Below are positions 26,217-35,962 of a DNA stretch of 64,000 bases, in pieces. The notes under the pieces were generated by a model, which was not told the DNA's origin, searched no databases, and worked only from the letters and a program-made list of their open reading frames with translations. Each line of letters opens with the position of its first letter. The first letter of the stretch is position 1. Both the position numbers and the translations under genes were made by a program. Source of the stretch: Arsukibacterium tuosuense (lineage in GTDB: Bacteria > Pseudomonadota > Gammaproteobacteria > Steroidobacterales > GCA-2729495); the NCBI GenBank assembly GCA_945872065.1, contig CAMBYH010000005.1, positions 10,775 through 74,774 on the forward strand, written 5' to 3'.

Positions 26217-26854
26217 TTGCTACCTGCACCCGGCGCGTTCGTGGTCACCTTGGCTGCATCCGCCTTGAGCCGGGCAATGACCGCGTCGATACCCTTGGCT
26301 CCGATCTCCGCGTTGAACTGGTTACGGTAGTTCTGGACGTAGGAGATACCCTCAATGCGCACATCGAAAGCGCGCCAGCCCTTGGGGGTCTGATGCAGGG
26401 AGTAGTAGACGGGGAGCTTCGTCCCGTCCGCCAACTGAATTTCCGTCTTCACCACAGTCCGCTTCGGATCCGGCGCTCCGCCGGCATCCGGCAGAAACCG
26501 GACCTTGTCTTTCTCGAATCGCAGCACGTACCGTGCATAACTGCGCAGGAGGAAATCATAAAACGTGTCGATAAACTGCTGACGCTGGACCGGCGTGGCA
26601 GTCCGCCAGTGCTTGCCCAGCACCAGGCGTCCGGAGTAATCGGTATCGAAGACCGGCAGGAAGACGTCACCAACCAGCTTGTAGAGCTCGGCTGGGTTGG
26701 CCGCGAGTTCCTGCTGCCTGCCTTCAATACGCGCCGTTAGGGTATCCGCAGTCTCGCGCACAACCTGACCTGGCGTACGCTCGTCCGCCGCGTGGATTGC
26801 CGGTGCAAGGAGCCCGGCAAGCAGGCTTAGAGTCAGGGCGGCAAAAACACGCAT
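26213..26854 (-). CDS. mlaC: phospholipid-binding periplasmic protein MlaC (Ttg2D)
   Basis: Signal peptide MRVFAALTLSLLAGLLAPAIHA and Tol-tolerance family pattern (FDTDYSGRLVLGKHWR). Start is ATG at 26854. Confidence 0.88.
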   Translation of the reverse strand: MRVFAALTLSLLAGLLAPAIHAADERTPGQVVRETADTLTARIEGRQQELAANPAELYKLVGDVFLPVFDTDYSGRLVLGKHWRTATPVQRQQFIDTFYDFLLRSYARYVLRFEKDKVRFLPDAGGAPDPKRTVVKTEIQLADGTKLPVYYSLHQTPKGWRAFDVRIEGISYVQNYRNQFNAEIGAKGIDAVIARLKADAAKVTTNAPGAGSK

Positions 26855-26867
26855 AAGAAAACTCCGC

Positions 26868-27401
26868 TTACTCACTGGACGTGCCGACCTGGTCGCCAGG
26901 AGTTGCATCAGGAATGGTTGCCTCAGGTGCTGTTTCGTCCCCTTTCTCCGCCTGGCTGAACAGGAACTTGCTGACCAGCTGCTCCAGCACGATAGCCGAC
27001 TGGGTAATTTCCAGCTGGCTGTTCTCCGTCAGAAACGTCTCAGAGCCACCCGGCCCAAGACCAACGTACTTGCTGCCGAGTAATCCCGCCGTCAGGATCC
27101 TGGCATCTGAATCATCGGGAATCTTGTTGAACCGGGGGTTAATACGGAGCGTTACCAGTGCATCGAGCTGCTCGTTGTCTAAAACGATGCTCTCGACCCG
27201 CCCGATATTCACGCCCGCCATGGTCACCGGCGACCGCACCTTGAGGCCAGCCACGTCATCAAATCGGGCGGTAACCCGATAACCCTTGTCCCCACCATAC
27301 TCTTCCATGTCTGTGGTCTGCGTGCCCAGAAAGAGCAGGGCCGCAAAGCCCAGAAAGATGAACAGGCCGGTACCGAGTTCCCGCGTGCGCGTGGTTTCCA
27401 T
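26868..27401 (-). CDS. mlaD: MCE-domain protein MlaD
   Basis: N-terminal TM then MCE domain (GLKVRSPVTMAGVNIGRVESI). Confidence 0.9.
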   Translation of the reverse strand: METTRTRELGTGLFIFLGFAALLFLGTQTTDMEEYGGDKGYRVTARFDDVAGLKVRSPVTMAGVNIGRVESIVLDNEQLDALVTLRINPRFNKIPDDSDARILTAGLLGSKYVGLGPGGSETFLTENSQLEITQSAIVLEQLVSKFLFSQAEKGDETAPEATIPDATPGDQVGTSSE

Positions 27402-27414
27402 ATTCGCAACGTTC

Positions 27415-28182
27415 CTAGAGAAGGTAGGCAGTAATCAGGTAGTCAAGGACCAGAACAAGAATCGACGTGGTCACCACCGTACGGGTGGTGGCCATGCCCA
27501 CACCTTCGGCGGTCGGCGGAGAATTGTAGCCCTCGTACACCGCCACGAGGCCGGCTGTGACGCCGAAAACAAAGCTCTTCAGGACACCCTCGAAGATATC
27601 CTCAGGATCGACGAATTCCTGCATCTGGGACCAGAAGGCACCGTTGTCGACACCCATGACCTGCACACCGATGAACCACGCGCCCAGGATTCCAACCGCG
27701 TTGAACACAGCTGTCAGTAACGGCACAGAGATAACGGCGCCCACAAAACGTGGCGCAATGATCCGGCGAATCGGGTCTATAGCCATGACTTCCATGGCAG
27801 CCAGCTGGTCCGTAGCCCGCATCAGCCCGATCTCCGATGCCAGGGCCGTTCCCGCCCGACCGGCGAACAACAAAGCTGTAACTACAGGCCCCAGCTCCTT
27901 GAACAAGGTCAGGGCAACCACCGCACCCAGTACGTCCTCTTGCCGAAGGCGGGCCAGGGAGTCGTAGCCCTGCAGTCCAATGACCATGCCGACAAAGAAT
28001 GCCGACATCATGATGATCACCAGCGACAGGACACCCGAGTTATGTACCTGCTGGGAAATCAGCCGGGGGCGAGCCAGCGCTGCAGGACACTGCCGGAGTA
28101 TAGCCACCAGGAACAGGGTTACTGCGCCCAACTTGCGCAGCGAATCGACGAGCCCGCCCCAGAGTTGAAGTGGCAGGGTCAA
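27415..28182 (-). CDS. mlaE: ABC transporter permease MlaE
   Basis: 255 aa MlaE/Ttg2B-type permease (ELGPVVTALLFAGRAGTA...EIGLMRATDQLAAMEVM). Confidence 0.92.
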   Translation of the reverse strand: MTLPLQLWGGLVDSLRKLGAVTLFLVAILRQCPAALARPRLISQQVHNSGVLSLVIIMMSAFFVGMVIGLQGYDSLARLRQEDVLGAVVALTLFKELGPVVTALLFAGRAGTALASEIGLMRATDQLAAMEVMAIDPIRRIIAPRFVGAVISVPLLTAVFNAVGILGAWFIGVQVMGVDNGAFWSQMQEFVDPEDIFEGVLKSFVFGVTAGLVAVYEGYNSPPTAEGVGMATTRTVVTTSILVLVLDYLITAYLL

Positions 28183-28985
28183 CGCCCGACTCCAAGCAAC
28201 TGCTCGGCATAGTCCGGCGCGGGGTAATGAAAGGGTACGGGGCCATCGGCAGCGCCCGTCATGAACTGGCGGACGAGGTCTGAAGGGCTGTCAGCGAGCT
28301 CCCGGGGCCCGCCCGAGGCAATGACCCGGCCCTCGGAAATGACGATGCAATGATCAGCAATGTGGCTGATCTCGGCCACATCATGGGAGACAACGATGCT
28401 CGTGAGGCCAAGGGCATCGTTGTTGAGGCGAATCAGCCGCAGGACCACGCCCAGGGAAATGGGGTCGAGTCCGGAAAACGGCTCATCGTAGAGCAGCAGT
28501 TCCGGATCCAGCACCATCGCCCTGGCCATCGCGACGCGCCGCGCCATGCCCCCGGACAGTTCCGCAGGCATCAGGTCGGCAGCGCCGCGGAGACCAACAG
28601 AGTTCAGCTTGGTGAGCACGACGTGGCGAATCAGCGCATCTGGCAGCCTGGTGTTCTCCCGCACGGGAAAGGCGATGTTCTCGAAGACGTCCAGATCCGT
28701 GAGCAGTGCGCTGTTCTGAAAGAGCATCCCCATACGCCGCCGCAGATCGAAGAGCGCATTGCGGGACAGCGCCGCCACGTTCTGCCCTGCCACCTTGACG
28801 GTGCCCGACTCCGGACGAAGCTGGCCCGTGATCATCCGGAGGAGCGTCGTCTTGCCCGTACCGCTCGGCCCCATGATCGCGGTGATGCTGCCACGCCGGA
28901 TGCCAAGATCCAGCCCGGAAAATATCGGGCGACCGGAACGTCGGAAATGGAGTCCGCTGATCTCGACGAGATTATCCGCTGTCAC
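28179..28985 (-). CDS. mlaF: ABC transporter ATP-binding protein MlaF
   Basis: Walker A GPSGTGKTT, signature LSGGMARRVAMARA, Walker B LLLYDEP. I prefer the GTG at 28985 (269 aa, just after the fba stop) over the track start at 29039, which overlaps fba. Confidence 0.9.
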   Translation of the reverse strand: MTADNLVEISGLHFRRSGRPIFSGLDLGIRRGSITAIMGPSGTGKTTLLRMITGQLRPESGTVKVAGQNVAALSRNALFDLRRRMGMLFQNSALLTDLDVFENIAFPVRENTRLPDALIRHVVLTKLNSVGLRGAADLMPAELSGGMARRVAMARAMVLDPELLLYDEPFSGLDPISLGVVLRLIRLNNDALGLTSIVVSHDVAEISHIADHCIVISEGRVIASGGPRELADSPSDLVRQFMTGAADGPVPFHYPAPDYAEQLLGVGR

Positions 28986-28989
28986 TGAG

Positions 28990-30006
28990 TCAGGCTGCTT
29001 CCATATCGCGACGGTACTGCCCGGCGTGGGCCAGGCCATTGAGGCGGGCCCGCTTGAGGAAAGCCTCCTGCCCGGCCTTCACACCCTCGGGCTTGCCACC
29101 CCAGGTCTTGAGTGAGGGCGCCTGCAGCGCGCGACCGTAGGAGAACGTCAGCTGCCAGGGCAGCGACCCCAGGGCGTTCATGGCAGAGAGATGCTCAGTG
29201 GATTCCTCCGGACTCTGGCCCCCGGAGAGGAACGCTATGCCGGGCACCACCGCCGGAACGGTGCTCTTGAGACAACGGATGGTGGCCTCAGCAACCTCTC
29301 GGACCGTCGCCTTCTGCTTGCAGTCTTCGCCCGGCACAATCATGTTGGGTTTAAGGACCATCCCGGCAAGGTCAACCCGGTGGGCCCGCAGTTCGATAAA
29401 TGTGTGCTCCAGAGCCATCGTGGTCACTTCCTCGCAGCGCGCAAGGCTGTGGTTGCCGTCCATGAGCACTTCGGGCTCAACGATCGGGACAATGCCGGCT
29501 TCCTGGCACAAGGCCGCATACCGCGCCAGTGCGTGGGCATTGGCAGACAGGCAGTAGCTCGTCGGCAAACCCGGCCCAATAGTGATGACAGCGCGCCACT
29601 TGGCAAACTTTGCGCCCAGCTCCGCGTACTCCTTGAGGCGCTCCCGCAGACCATCCAGGCCTTCAGTGAGGGTCTCGCCGGGAAAACCGGCCAGCGCCTT
29701 GGCGCCTGCATCCACCTTGATACCGGGCAGCATCCCCTGCTGGGCCAGATACTTGGGAAACGGCACTCCGCTCAGCGTCGACTGCCGCAGGGTCTCGTCG
29801 TAGAGGATCACACCACTGATGAAGTCGCCCGCCTTTGGTGCGGTAAAGAGCATGTCCCGGTAGGCGCGCCGACTGTCCGCCGTGGACTCCAGGCGAATGG
29901 CATCAAAGCGCTTCTTGATGGTGCCCGAACTTTCGTCCGCGGCCAGGATCCCCTTACCGGGTACAACCATCGCCTGTGCGATGGCAGCAAGAGACTGGGC
30001 ACTCAT
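28990..30006 (-). CDS. fba: class I (Schiff-base, eukaryote-type) fructose-bisphosphate aldolase
   Basis: GKGILAADESSGTIKKRF, ILYDETL, LKPNMV (Schiff-base Lys region), FLSGGQS. ATG at 30006 has GGAGGT 7 nt upstream. The 687-aa track ORF is an artefactual upstream extension. Confidence 0.92.
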   Translation of the reverse strand: MSAQSLAAIAQAMVVPGKGILAADESSGTIKKRFDAIRLESTADSRRAYRDMLFTAPKAGDFISGVILYDETLRQSTLSGVPFPKYLAQQGMLPGIKVDAGAKALAGFPGETLTEGLDGLRERLKEYAELGAKFAKWRAVITIGPGLPTSYCLSANAHALARYAALCQEAGIVPIVEPEVLMDGNHSLARCEEVTTMALEHTFIELRAHRVDLAGMVLKPNMIVPGEDCKQKATVREVAEATIRCLKSTVPAVVPGIAFLSGGQSPEESTEHLSAMNALGSLPWQLTFSYGRALQAPSLKTWGGKPEGVKAGQEAFLKRARLNGLAHAGQYRRDMEAA

Positions 30007-30141
30007 GACATAAACCTCCGGTTCGTGAATTTCATCCCGCGCCGGGGTTCTCTGACTGACCACCCTCTGGGGTAATCGGCGCGGCGGAGAAGAATAGCAA
30101 ATTCCCGCCCCGGACCGGCTCTCAGGGTTCCCACCGAGCAG

Positions 30142-30166
30142 ATACTGGACTAAGATAGTCCCATAT
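30142..30166. promoter_or_regulatory. candidate Rrf2/IscR-type operator (25-bp imperfect palindrome)
   Basis: ATACTGGACTA-AGA-TAGTCCCATAT: 9/11 half-site symmetry, GACT-N5-AGTC core with ATA/TAT flanks. Resembles the IscR type-1 motif. Lies 18 nt upstream of the Rrf2 gene ATG. Confidence 0.55.
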
Positions 30167-30183
30167 AGATTTGAGCCCGAATT

Positions 30184-30690
30184 ATGCTTCGTATCAGCAA
30201 GCTTACCGACTACGGCACGATGATCCTGGTGCATCTCGCCGCGGGAGCCCGCGGGGCAAAGGAAGGCGCCGTAAACCCCGAACACCTGTGCTCCGCCAGC
30301 GACGTTGCGTCCGGTACACGCCTGGCACTGCCGACGGTGCAGAAACTTCTCAAGCTGCTGGCGCGGAGCGAACTCGTGCGATCTGTCCGCGGTGCTGAGG
30401 GCGGCTACGCGCTGGCGCGGAATCCGGCGACGATCACCGCAGCCGAGATTCTCGACGTGTTTGAGGGCCCCCTGAGCATTACCGAGTGCAGTACCGCCGA
30501 CAGCCGGTGCGAACTGGAGGATGGCTGCCCGACAGGGGGGGCCTGGCAGAAGATCAACCGCGGGATTCGCGGAGCGCTCGAGGATATATCCCTGGCGGAC
30601 CTCGCACACCCGCCCCGGGAGTTTCCGCTGGTGGACCTGTCTGGCCGCGCCAGCCGGCTGCGCCAGCGCCTTCCCCCTGGCCAAGGATGA
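30184..30690 (+). CDS. Rrf2-family [Fe-S]-binding transcriptional regulator (IscR/SUF regulator-like)
   Basis: MLRISKLTDYGTMILVHLA winged-helix N-terminus. Three-Cys cluster site CSTADSRCELEDGC. First gene of the suf operon. Confidence 0.88.
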   Translation: MLRISKLTDYGTMILVHLAAGARGAKEGAVNPEHLCSASDVASGTRLALPTVQKLLKLLARSELVRSVRGAEGGYALARNPATITAAEILDVFEGPLSITECSTADSRCELEDGCPTGGAWQKINRGIRGALEDISLADLAHPPREFPLVDLSGRASRLRQRLPPGQG

Positions 30691-30696
30691 ACTGAG

Positions 30697-32148
30697 ATGA
30701 CCGGTAACGCACTGAATCAGGGTCTTGAGGACTTCATCGGCCGGGGCTACGCCCACGGCTTCGTGACGGACATTGAATCGGACACGGTGGCACCTGGACT
30801 CAGTGAGGATGTCATCCGGTTCATCTCGGCCAAGAAGGGCGAACCTGAGTTTCTGCTGGCCTGGCGGCTGAAGGCCTACCGGCACTGGCTGACCCTCAGG
30901 GAACCCCGCTGGGCGAAACTTCATCACCCGCCGATCGACTATCAGGCTATTTCCTACTACTCCGCCCCGCGCGCCACGCCGGGACTGAAGTCCATTGATG
31001 AAGTGGACCCGAAGCTCCTGCAGACTTACGAGAAGCTCGGTATTCCCCTCCATGAGCGCGCGCGATTGGCAGGCGTCGCAGTCGACGCCGTATTCGACAG
31101 CGTCTCGGTCACCACCACCTTCAAGGACAAACTCGCTGCGGCGGGCGTCATTTTCTGCTCTTTCTCAGAAGCGGTACGAGAGCACCCTGAACTCGTGCGC
31201 AAGTACCTGGGTACGGTAGTGCCCTACCGGGACAACTATTTCGCAGCATTGAATTCGGCAGTGTTTACCGACGGTTCCTTTGTCTACATCCCGAAGGGCG
31301 TGCGCTGCCCGATGGAGCTCTCAACCTATTTCCGCATCAATCAGGCCAAGACCGGTCAGTTTGAGCGGACGCTGATTGTGGCCGAGGATGGCAGTCATGT
31401 GAGTTATCTCGAGGGCTGCACGGCGCCACAGAGGGACGAGAATCAGCTGCATGCAGCGGTGGTGGAACTGGTGGCCCTTAACGATGCCACCATCAAATAT
31501 TCAACCGTACAGAACTGGTATCCAGGGGATGAGGAAGGCCGCGGCGGCATCTACAACTTCGTCACCAAACGTGGCGACTGCCGGGGGGCCAACTCACGGA
31601 TTTCCTGGACCCAGGTAGAGGCCGGGTCAGCAATCACCTGGAAGTACCCGAGCTGCATCCTGCGGGGCGAGAACTCCGTGGGGGAGTTCTACTCCGTCGC
31701 CGTGACCAACAACCTGCAACAGGCCGATACCGGCACCAAGATGATTCACATTGGCCGCAACACCCGGAGCACGATTGTCTCCAAAGGCATATCAGCAGGT
31801 CGCGCGCAGAACGCCTATCGCGGCCTGGTGAAAATACTCCCGACGGCCGAGAACGCCCGCAATTACACCCAGTGCGACTCCCTGCTCATGGGGGCTCGCT
31901 GCGGAGCCCACACGTTCCCCTATATGGAAGTGCGCAATCCAACTGCGGTGGTCGAGCACGAGGCTACGACCTCCCGGATTGGCGATGACCAGCTGTTCTA
32001 TTGCCGGCAGAGAGGCATCTCAACCGAGGACGCGGTGAATCTCATAGTGAATGGTTTCTGCAAGCAGGTGTTTCGCCAGTTGCCCATGGAGTTTGCAGTG
32101 GAAGCCCAGAACCTCCTGAATGTCAGCCTGGAAGGGGCAGTCGGTTGA
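30697..32148 (+). CDS. sufB: Fe-S cluster assembly scaffold SufB
   Basis: 483 aa with highly conserved SufB blocks ([38 protein letters not shown]). Confidence 0.96.
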   Translation: MTGNALNQGLEDFIGRGYAHGFVTDIESDTVAPGLSEDVIRFISAKKGEPEFLLAWRLKAYRHWLTLREPRWAKLHHPPIDYQAISYYSAPRATPGLKSIDEVDPKLLQTYEKLGIPLHERARLAGVAVDAVFDSVSVTTTFKDKLAAAGVIFCSFSEAVREHPELVRKYLGTVVPYRDNYFAALNSAVFTDGSFVYIPKGVRCPMELSTYFRINQAKTGQFERTLIVAEDGSHVSYLEGCTAPQRDENQLHAAVVELVALNDATIKYSTVQNWYPGDEEGRGGIYNFVTKRGDCRGANSRISWTQVEAGSAITWKYPSCILRGENSVGEFYSVAVTNNLQQADTGTKMIHIGRNTRSTIVSKGISAGRAQNAYRGLVKILPTAENARNYTQCDSLLMGARCGAHTFPYMEVRNPTAVVEHEATTSRIGDDQLFYCRQRGISTEDAVNLIVNGFCKQVFRQLPMEFAVEAQNLLNVSLEGAVG

Positions 32149-32906
32149 GCACGTTATTGGCAGTCTCGGGGCTCCGCGTAGAGGTAGGTGGCAAGGAGAT
32201 CCTGACGGGCCTTGATCTCGTCGTTCGCCCCGGTGAGGTGCACGCCATCATGGGCCCGAACGGCTCGGGCAAGAGCACACTGGCCCACGTTTTGTCCGGG
32301 CGGGACGGCTATGTAGTTACTGGCGGCTCGGTCAGCTATCAGTGCCGCGACCTGCTCGCCATGGCTCCTGAAGAACGCGCCAGGGCCGGACTCTTTCTCG
32401 GCTTCCAGTATCCGGTCGAAATCCCTGGCGTGAGCAATGTGTACCTGCTGCGCTCGGCGCTGAATGCCCGGAGAGCCGCCCGGGGCGTGAGTGAGATCGA
32501 TGCAGCAGGCTTTCTGCGCCTGGTGAAGGCAAAGGCCAGACTTATGCAGATGGATGAGAGCTTCCTGCAGCGGGGTGTCAATGAGGGGTTCTCTGGCGGG
32601 GAGAAAAAGCGCAACGAGATTTTCCAGATGGCGGTCCTCGAACCGGTGCTTGCCATCCTCGACGAAACAGACTCAGGCCTGGATATTGATGCGCTGAAGG
32701 TTGTGGCGAATGGCGTCAACAGCCTGCGAGACCCAGCGCGGGCCTTTGTCCTGGTGACCCACTATCAGCGACTGCTGGACTACATCAGGCCGGATTTCGT
32801 GCATGTGCTGGCCGGCGGCCGCATCATTCGTACCGGCGACCATACGCTGGCCCTTGAACTGGAGGCGGACGGCTACGAACAGATCCTCGCCGCTGCCAGT
32901 TCCTGA
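32145..32906 (+). CDS. sufC: Fe-S cluster assembly ATPase SufC
   Basis: [35 protein letters not shown]. Proposed TTG start at 32145 overlaps the sufB stop. The track ORF from 32001 lies inside sufB. Confidence 0.93.
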   Translation: MSTLLAVSGLRVEVGGKEILTGLDLVVRPGEVHAIMGPNGSGKSTLAHVLSGRDGYVVTGGSVSYQCRDLLAMAPEERARAGLFLGFQYPVEIPGVSNVYLLRSALNARRAARGVSEIDAAGFLRLVKAKARLMQMDESFLQRGVNEGFSGGEKKRNEIFQMAVLEPVLAILDETDSGLDIDALKVVANGVNSLRDPARAFVLVTHYQRLLDYIRPDFVHVLAGGRIIRTGDHTLALELEADGYEQILAAASS

Positions 32907-32916
32907 GGTAATCGCG

Positions 32917-34257
32917 GTGTCGCAATCAACCGTGCGGGATGACCCCGGCGACCAGGCGGGCAACCGCCGCCCCTGGCTAGCCGCTGCAGAACAATCAGGC
33001 AGCACGGCCTCTGGACTGGACTGGCTACGTGAACGCCGCACGGCTGCCCTGGCTCGCGCAGACCGCCTCGGCCTGCCCGACCAGAGCCACGAAGAGTGGC
33101 GCTACACCAGCCTCGCTCCTTTCACGCGGCGCTGGCTGGAACACCTGGCCGGCGTGAGACTGCCGGCGGCACCAGAACTGGTGCCCCCCGCCCTGGCCGG
33201 CGTGTTCAGCGTGGATATCGTCGACGGCATGCTCTGTGCTCCTCTGCTCGCGACTCCGCCCGGCCTTACCATCCAGTCGCTCCAGACCCTTGGTCCTGAG
33301 TGGAGGACACAGGTGGAAGCTCTGCTGGGCAGCACAGTGAGCGCGAGAGACGACTCTGCCAGTGACAGCCTCGTGGACCTCAATACGGCCTTGCTGAATG
33401 ACCTGATACTGGTTACGACGGAACCGGGGGCCAGCGTGGCCATGCCCATTCATATCCGGCTTCAGGCTACTGCAGCATCGGCCCTTTGCCAGACGAGACT
33501 ACTGGTCGATCTGGCGGCAGGCAGCAGGCTGACCCTGAGCCTGGTGTGCACCGGAACAGCGGGGGTCCTGGTGAATGCCGTGGCCCAGATACGTCTGGGC
33601 CGGGACAGCGAGCTGAACCTGGTCCGCGTGCAGGCGCTACCCGATGACGGCATGCTCACCGAGTCGACGAGCATTGAGGTTAATGACGCTGCTACCGTCA
33701 CGGTAACCAGCGTCGATCTCGGCGCGCAACTCAGCAGACAGTCCCTGACTGTACGCCTGGCCGGAACCGGGGCCAGCGCCAACCTGAATGGGCTGTTCCT
33801 TGCCGACGGACATCGACACATAGACAACCGCACAACGCTGCAGCATGAGGCCCCGTCGACGATCAGTCGGGAATTTTTCCGGGGCATCGCCGCTGACCAT
33901 GGCCACGGAGTCTTCAGCGGCAAGATCATCGTGCAGCCCGGAGCGGCAGGCAGCAACGCTGCTCTGACCAACCGCAATCTCCTGCTCACGACGACGGCAG
34001 AGATTGATACGAAGCCCGAGCTGGAGATCTATGTGGACGACGTCCGCTGCAGCCACGGCGCGACCACAGGGCAGCTGGATGCCAACGCGCTCTTCTACCT
34101 GCAATCCCGTGGGCTCGATCTGAGCGCCGCCCGGCAGGTGCTCACAGCGGCATTTCTCCGGGATAGCCTGACCAGCATTGCCTTGCCGGAACTCCGCGAA
34201 CGGCTGGAAGCCCTGCTGGAGAGCCGATTGCAGGCTCAAACCGGGGCTGCATCATGA
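32917..34257 (+). CDS. sufD: Fe-S cluster assembly protein SufD
   Basis: EEWRYTSL N-terminal motif, beta-helix core, and C-terminal TKPELEIYVDDVRCSHGATTGQLD. Proposed GTG start at 32917 follows the sufC stop. Confidence 0.9.
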   Translation: MSQSTVRDDPGDQAGNRRPWLAAAEQSGSTASGLDWLRERRTAALARADRLGLPDQSHEEWRYTSLAPFTRRWLEHLAGVRLPAAPELVPPALAGVFSVDIVDGMLCAPLLATPPGLTIQSLQTLGPEWRTQVEALLGSTVSARDDSASDSLVDLNTALLNDLILVTTEPGASVAMPIHIRLQATAASALCQTRLLVDLAAGSRLTLSLVCTGTAGVLVNAVAQIRLGRDSELNLVRVQALPDDGMLTESTSIEVNDAATVTVTSVDLGAQLSRQSLTVRLAGTGASANLNGLFLADGHRHIDNRTTLQHEAPSTISREFFRGIAADHGHGVFSGKIIVQPGAAGSNAALTNRNLLLTTTAEIDTKPELEIYVDDVRCSHGATTGQLDANALFYLQSRGLDLSAARQVLTAAFLRDSLTSIALPELRERLEALLESRLQAQTGAAS

Positions 34258-35492
34258 GCCCCGGTACTACCGCTCCCCCGCTGGATGTGGCATCGATCCG
34301 CGCCGACTTCCCGGTACTCGCACAGCAGATTAATGGTCATCCGCTGGCCTACCTCGACAATGCGGCTTCATCCCAGCGACCGCTGCAGGTCCTTGAAGCG
34401 ATCCAGAACTACTACACCCACGATCATGCCAACGTACACCGGGGTGTCCACAGCCTGAGCCACCGGGCAACGGACCGGTATGAAGCAGCGCGGGAAACGG
34501 TCAGGGCCTTCATCAATGCCGCATCCGTGCGGGAGATCATCTTCACGCGGGGCACTACGGAAGCGATCAACCTGGTCGCCTTCAGCCTCGGCCAGCGCCT
34601 GCAGGCAGGCGATGAGATCCTCATTACGGCGATGGAGCATCACTCCAACATAGTGCCGTGGCAGCTCCTCTGCGAGCGGAGTGGCGCCATCCTGCGGGTT
34701 GCGCCGATCAACGACGCCGGGGAGCTCGTTCTTCCCGAATTCATGGCACTGCTCGGTCAGCGGACGAAGCTGGTGGCAATCACCCACGTCTCCAATGCCC
34801 TGGGCACCGTCAACCCGGTCAAGGTCATCATCGCCGCAGCCCGGAGCCGGGGCGTGCCGGTGCTGCTGGACGGGGCGCAGGCCATCCCGCACCAGGCCGT
34901 CGATGTGCGGGACCTGGACTGCGACTTTTACGCCTTCTCAGGCCACAAGATGTGCGGACCCACCGGCATCGGCGTGCTCTACGGTCGCGAGGCTGTGCTC
35001 CGCGACCTGCCGCCTTTCCAGAGTGGCGGGGACATGATTCTCACCGTCAGCTTCAAGGGCACCACCTACAACGAACTCCCCTACCGGTTCGAGGCGGGCA
35101 CGCCCCACATTGCCGGGGCGATCGGCCTGGCTGCCGCCATGGACTACCTCACGCGCCTTGGCCTGCCAGCCATCGCCGCCTGGGAGGCCGGGCTGCTCAG
35201 CTACGCTACCGGGTTGCTGCTCCAGCTTCCGGGTCTGTCGATTGTGGGTACCGCGGGGGATAAAGCCAGCCTGGTCTCCTTCAACATAGCGGGCATCCAC
35301 CCCCACGATCTGGGCACTATCCTGGACCAGCGGGGCGTGGCTATCAGGGCTGGCCACCACTGCGCCATGCCGGTGATGGAGCGCTTTGGCCTGGCGGGTA
35401 CGGCGCGCGCGTCCTTCGCCTTCTACAACACCCGTGGGGAGATCGACCAGCTCCTGGACGCCCTGCGGCTGGCCCAACGGATGTTCGCCTGA
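34254..35492 (+). CDS. sufS: SufS-type (group II) cysteine desulfurase
   Basis: HANVHRGVH, ITHVSNALG, FSGHKMCGPTGIG (PLP lysine), RAGHHCA (active-site Cys). ATGA overlap with sufD. Confidence 0.95.
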   Translation: MSPGTTAPPLDVASIRADFPVLAQQINGHPLAYLDNAASSQRPLQVLEAIQNYYTHDHANVHRGVHSLSHRATDRYEAARETVRAFINAASVREIIFTRGTTEAINLVAFSLGQRLQAGDEILITAMEHHSNIVPWQLLCERSGAILRVAPINDAGELVLPEFMALLGQRTKLVAITHVSNALGTVNPVKVIIAAARSRGVPVLLDGAQAIPHQAVDVRDLDCDFYAFSGHKMCGPTGIGVLYGREAVLRDLPPFQSGGDMILTVSFKGTTYNELPYRFEAGTPHIAGAIGLAAAMDYLTRLGLPAIAAWEAGLLSYATGLLLQLPGLSIVGTAGDKASLVSFNIAGIHPHDLGTILDQRGVAIRAGHHCAMPVMERFGLAGTARASFAFYNTRGEIDQLLDALRLAQRMFA

Positions 35493-35962
35493 TGTCCGAG
35501 CCCGTCAGGGAGTTAACCGACCTTTACCGGCAGATCGTTCTGGATCACAGCCGTCACCCGCGTCACCAGGGTCGGCCCGAGCATTTCAACCGGGAGGCGG
35601 AGGGCCATAACCCCCTCTGCGGAGACAAGGTCCGGATCTACCTTCAGCTGCAGGGTAATCTGCTGCAGGAGGTCGCCTTCGAGGCCTCTGGCTGTGCCAT
35701 CTGCCTGGCTTCGGCTTCCCTGATGACTGAGACGGTCCACCGGCGCCCACTGCTTGAGGCCAGGGCTTCCGTCGAGCAGTTCGACAGGGCTTTGTCGACC
35801 GGCGCAGGCGCCACCCTGACCGGAGATCTCGCAGCACTTGGCGGGGTCAGTCAGTATCCCTCCCGGATCCGGTGCGCCACACTGCCATGGAAAACACTCC
35901 TGGCCGCGATGGATGCAAGTTCCGCGACAGTGACCACCGAACAAGAGAGCACCCAGCGATGA
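35492..35962 (+). CDS. sufU: SufU/IscU-like sulfur-acceptor scaffold
   Basis: LYRQIVLDHSRHPRH, NPLCGDKV, EASGCAICLASASLM, RIRCATLPW: three Cys plus Asp typical of SufU. Confidence 0.88.
   Translation: MSEPVRELTDLYRQIVLDHSRHPRHQGRPEHFNREAEGHNPLCGDKVRIYLQLQGNLLQEVAFEASGCAICLASASLMTETVHRRPLLEARASVEQFDRALSTGAGATLTGDLAALGGVSQYPSRIRCATLPWKTLLAAMDASSATVTTEQESTQR

Noticed and set aside
30007-31053. N-terminal 349-aa extension of the 687-aa ORF containing the aldolase.
   Set aside because: The extension runs antisense through the Rrf2 gene and the 5' part of sufB. The aldolase homology begins exactly at the internal ATG (30006), which has a GGAGGT RBS.
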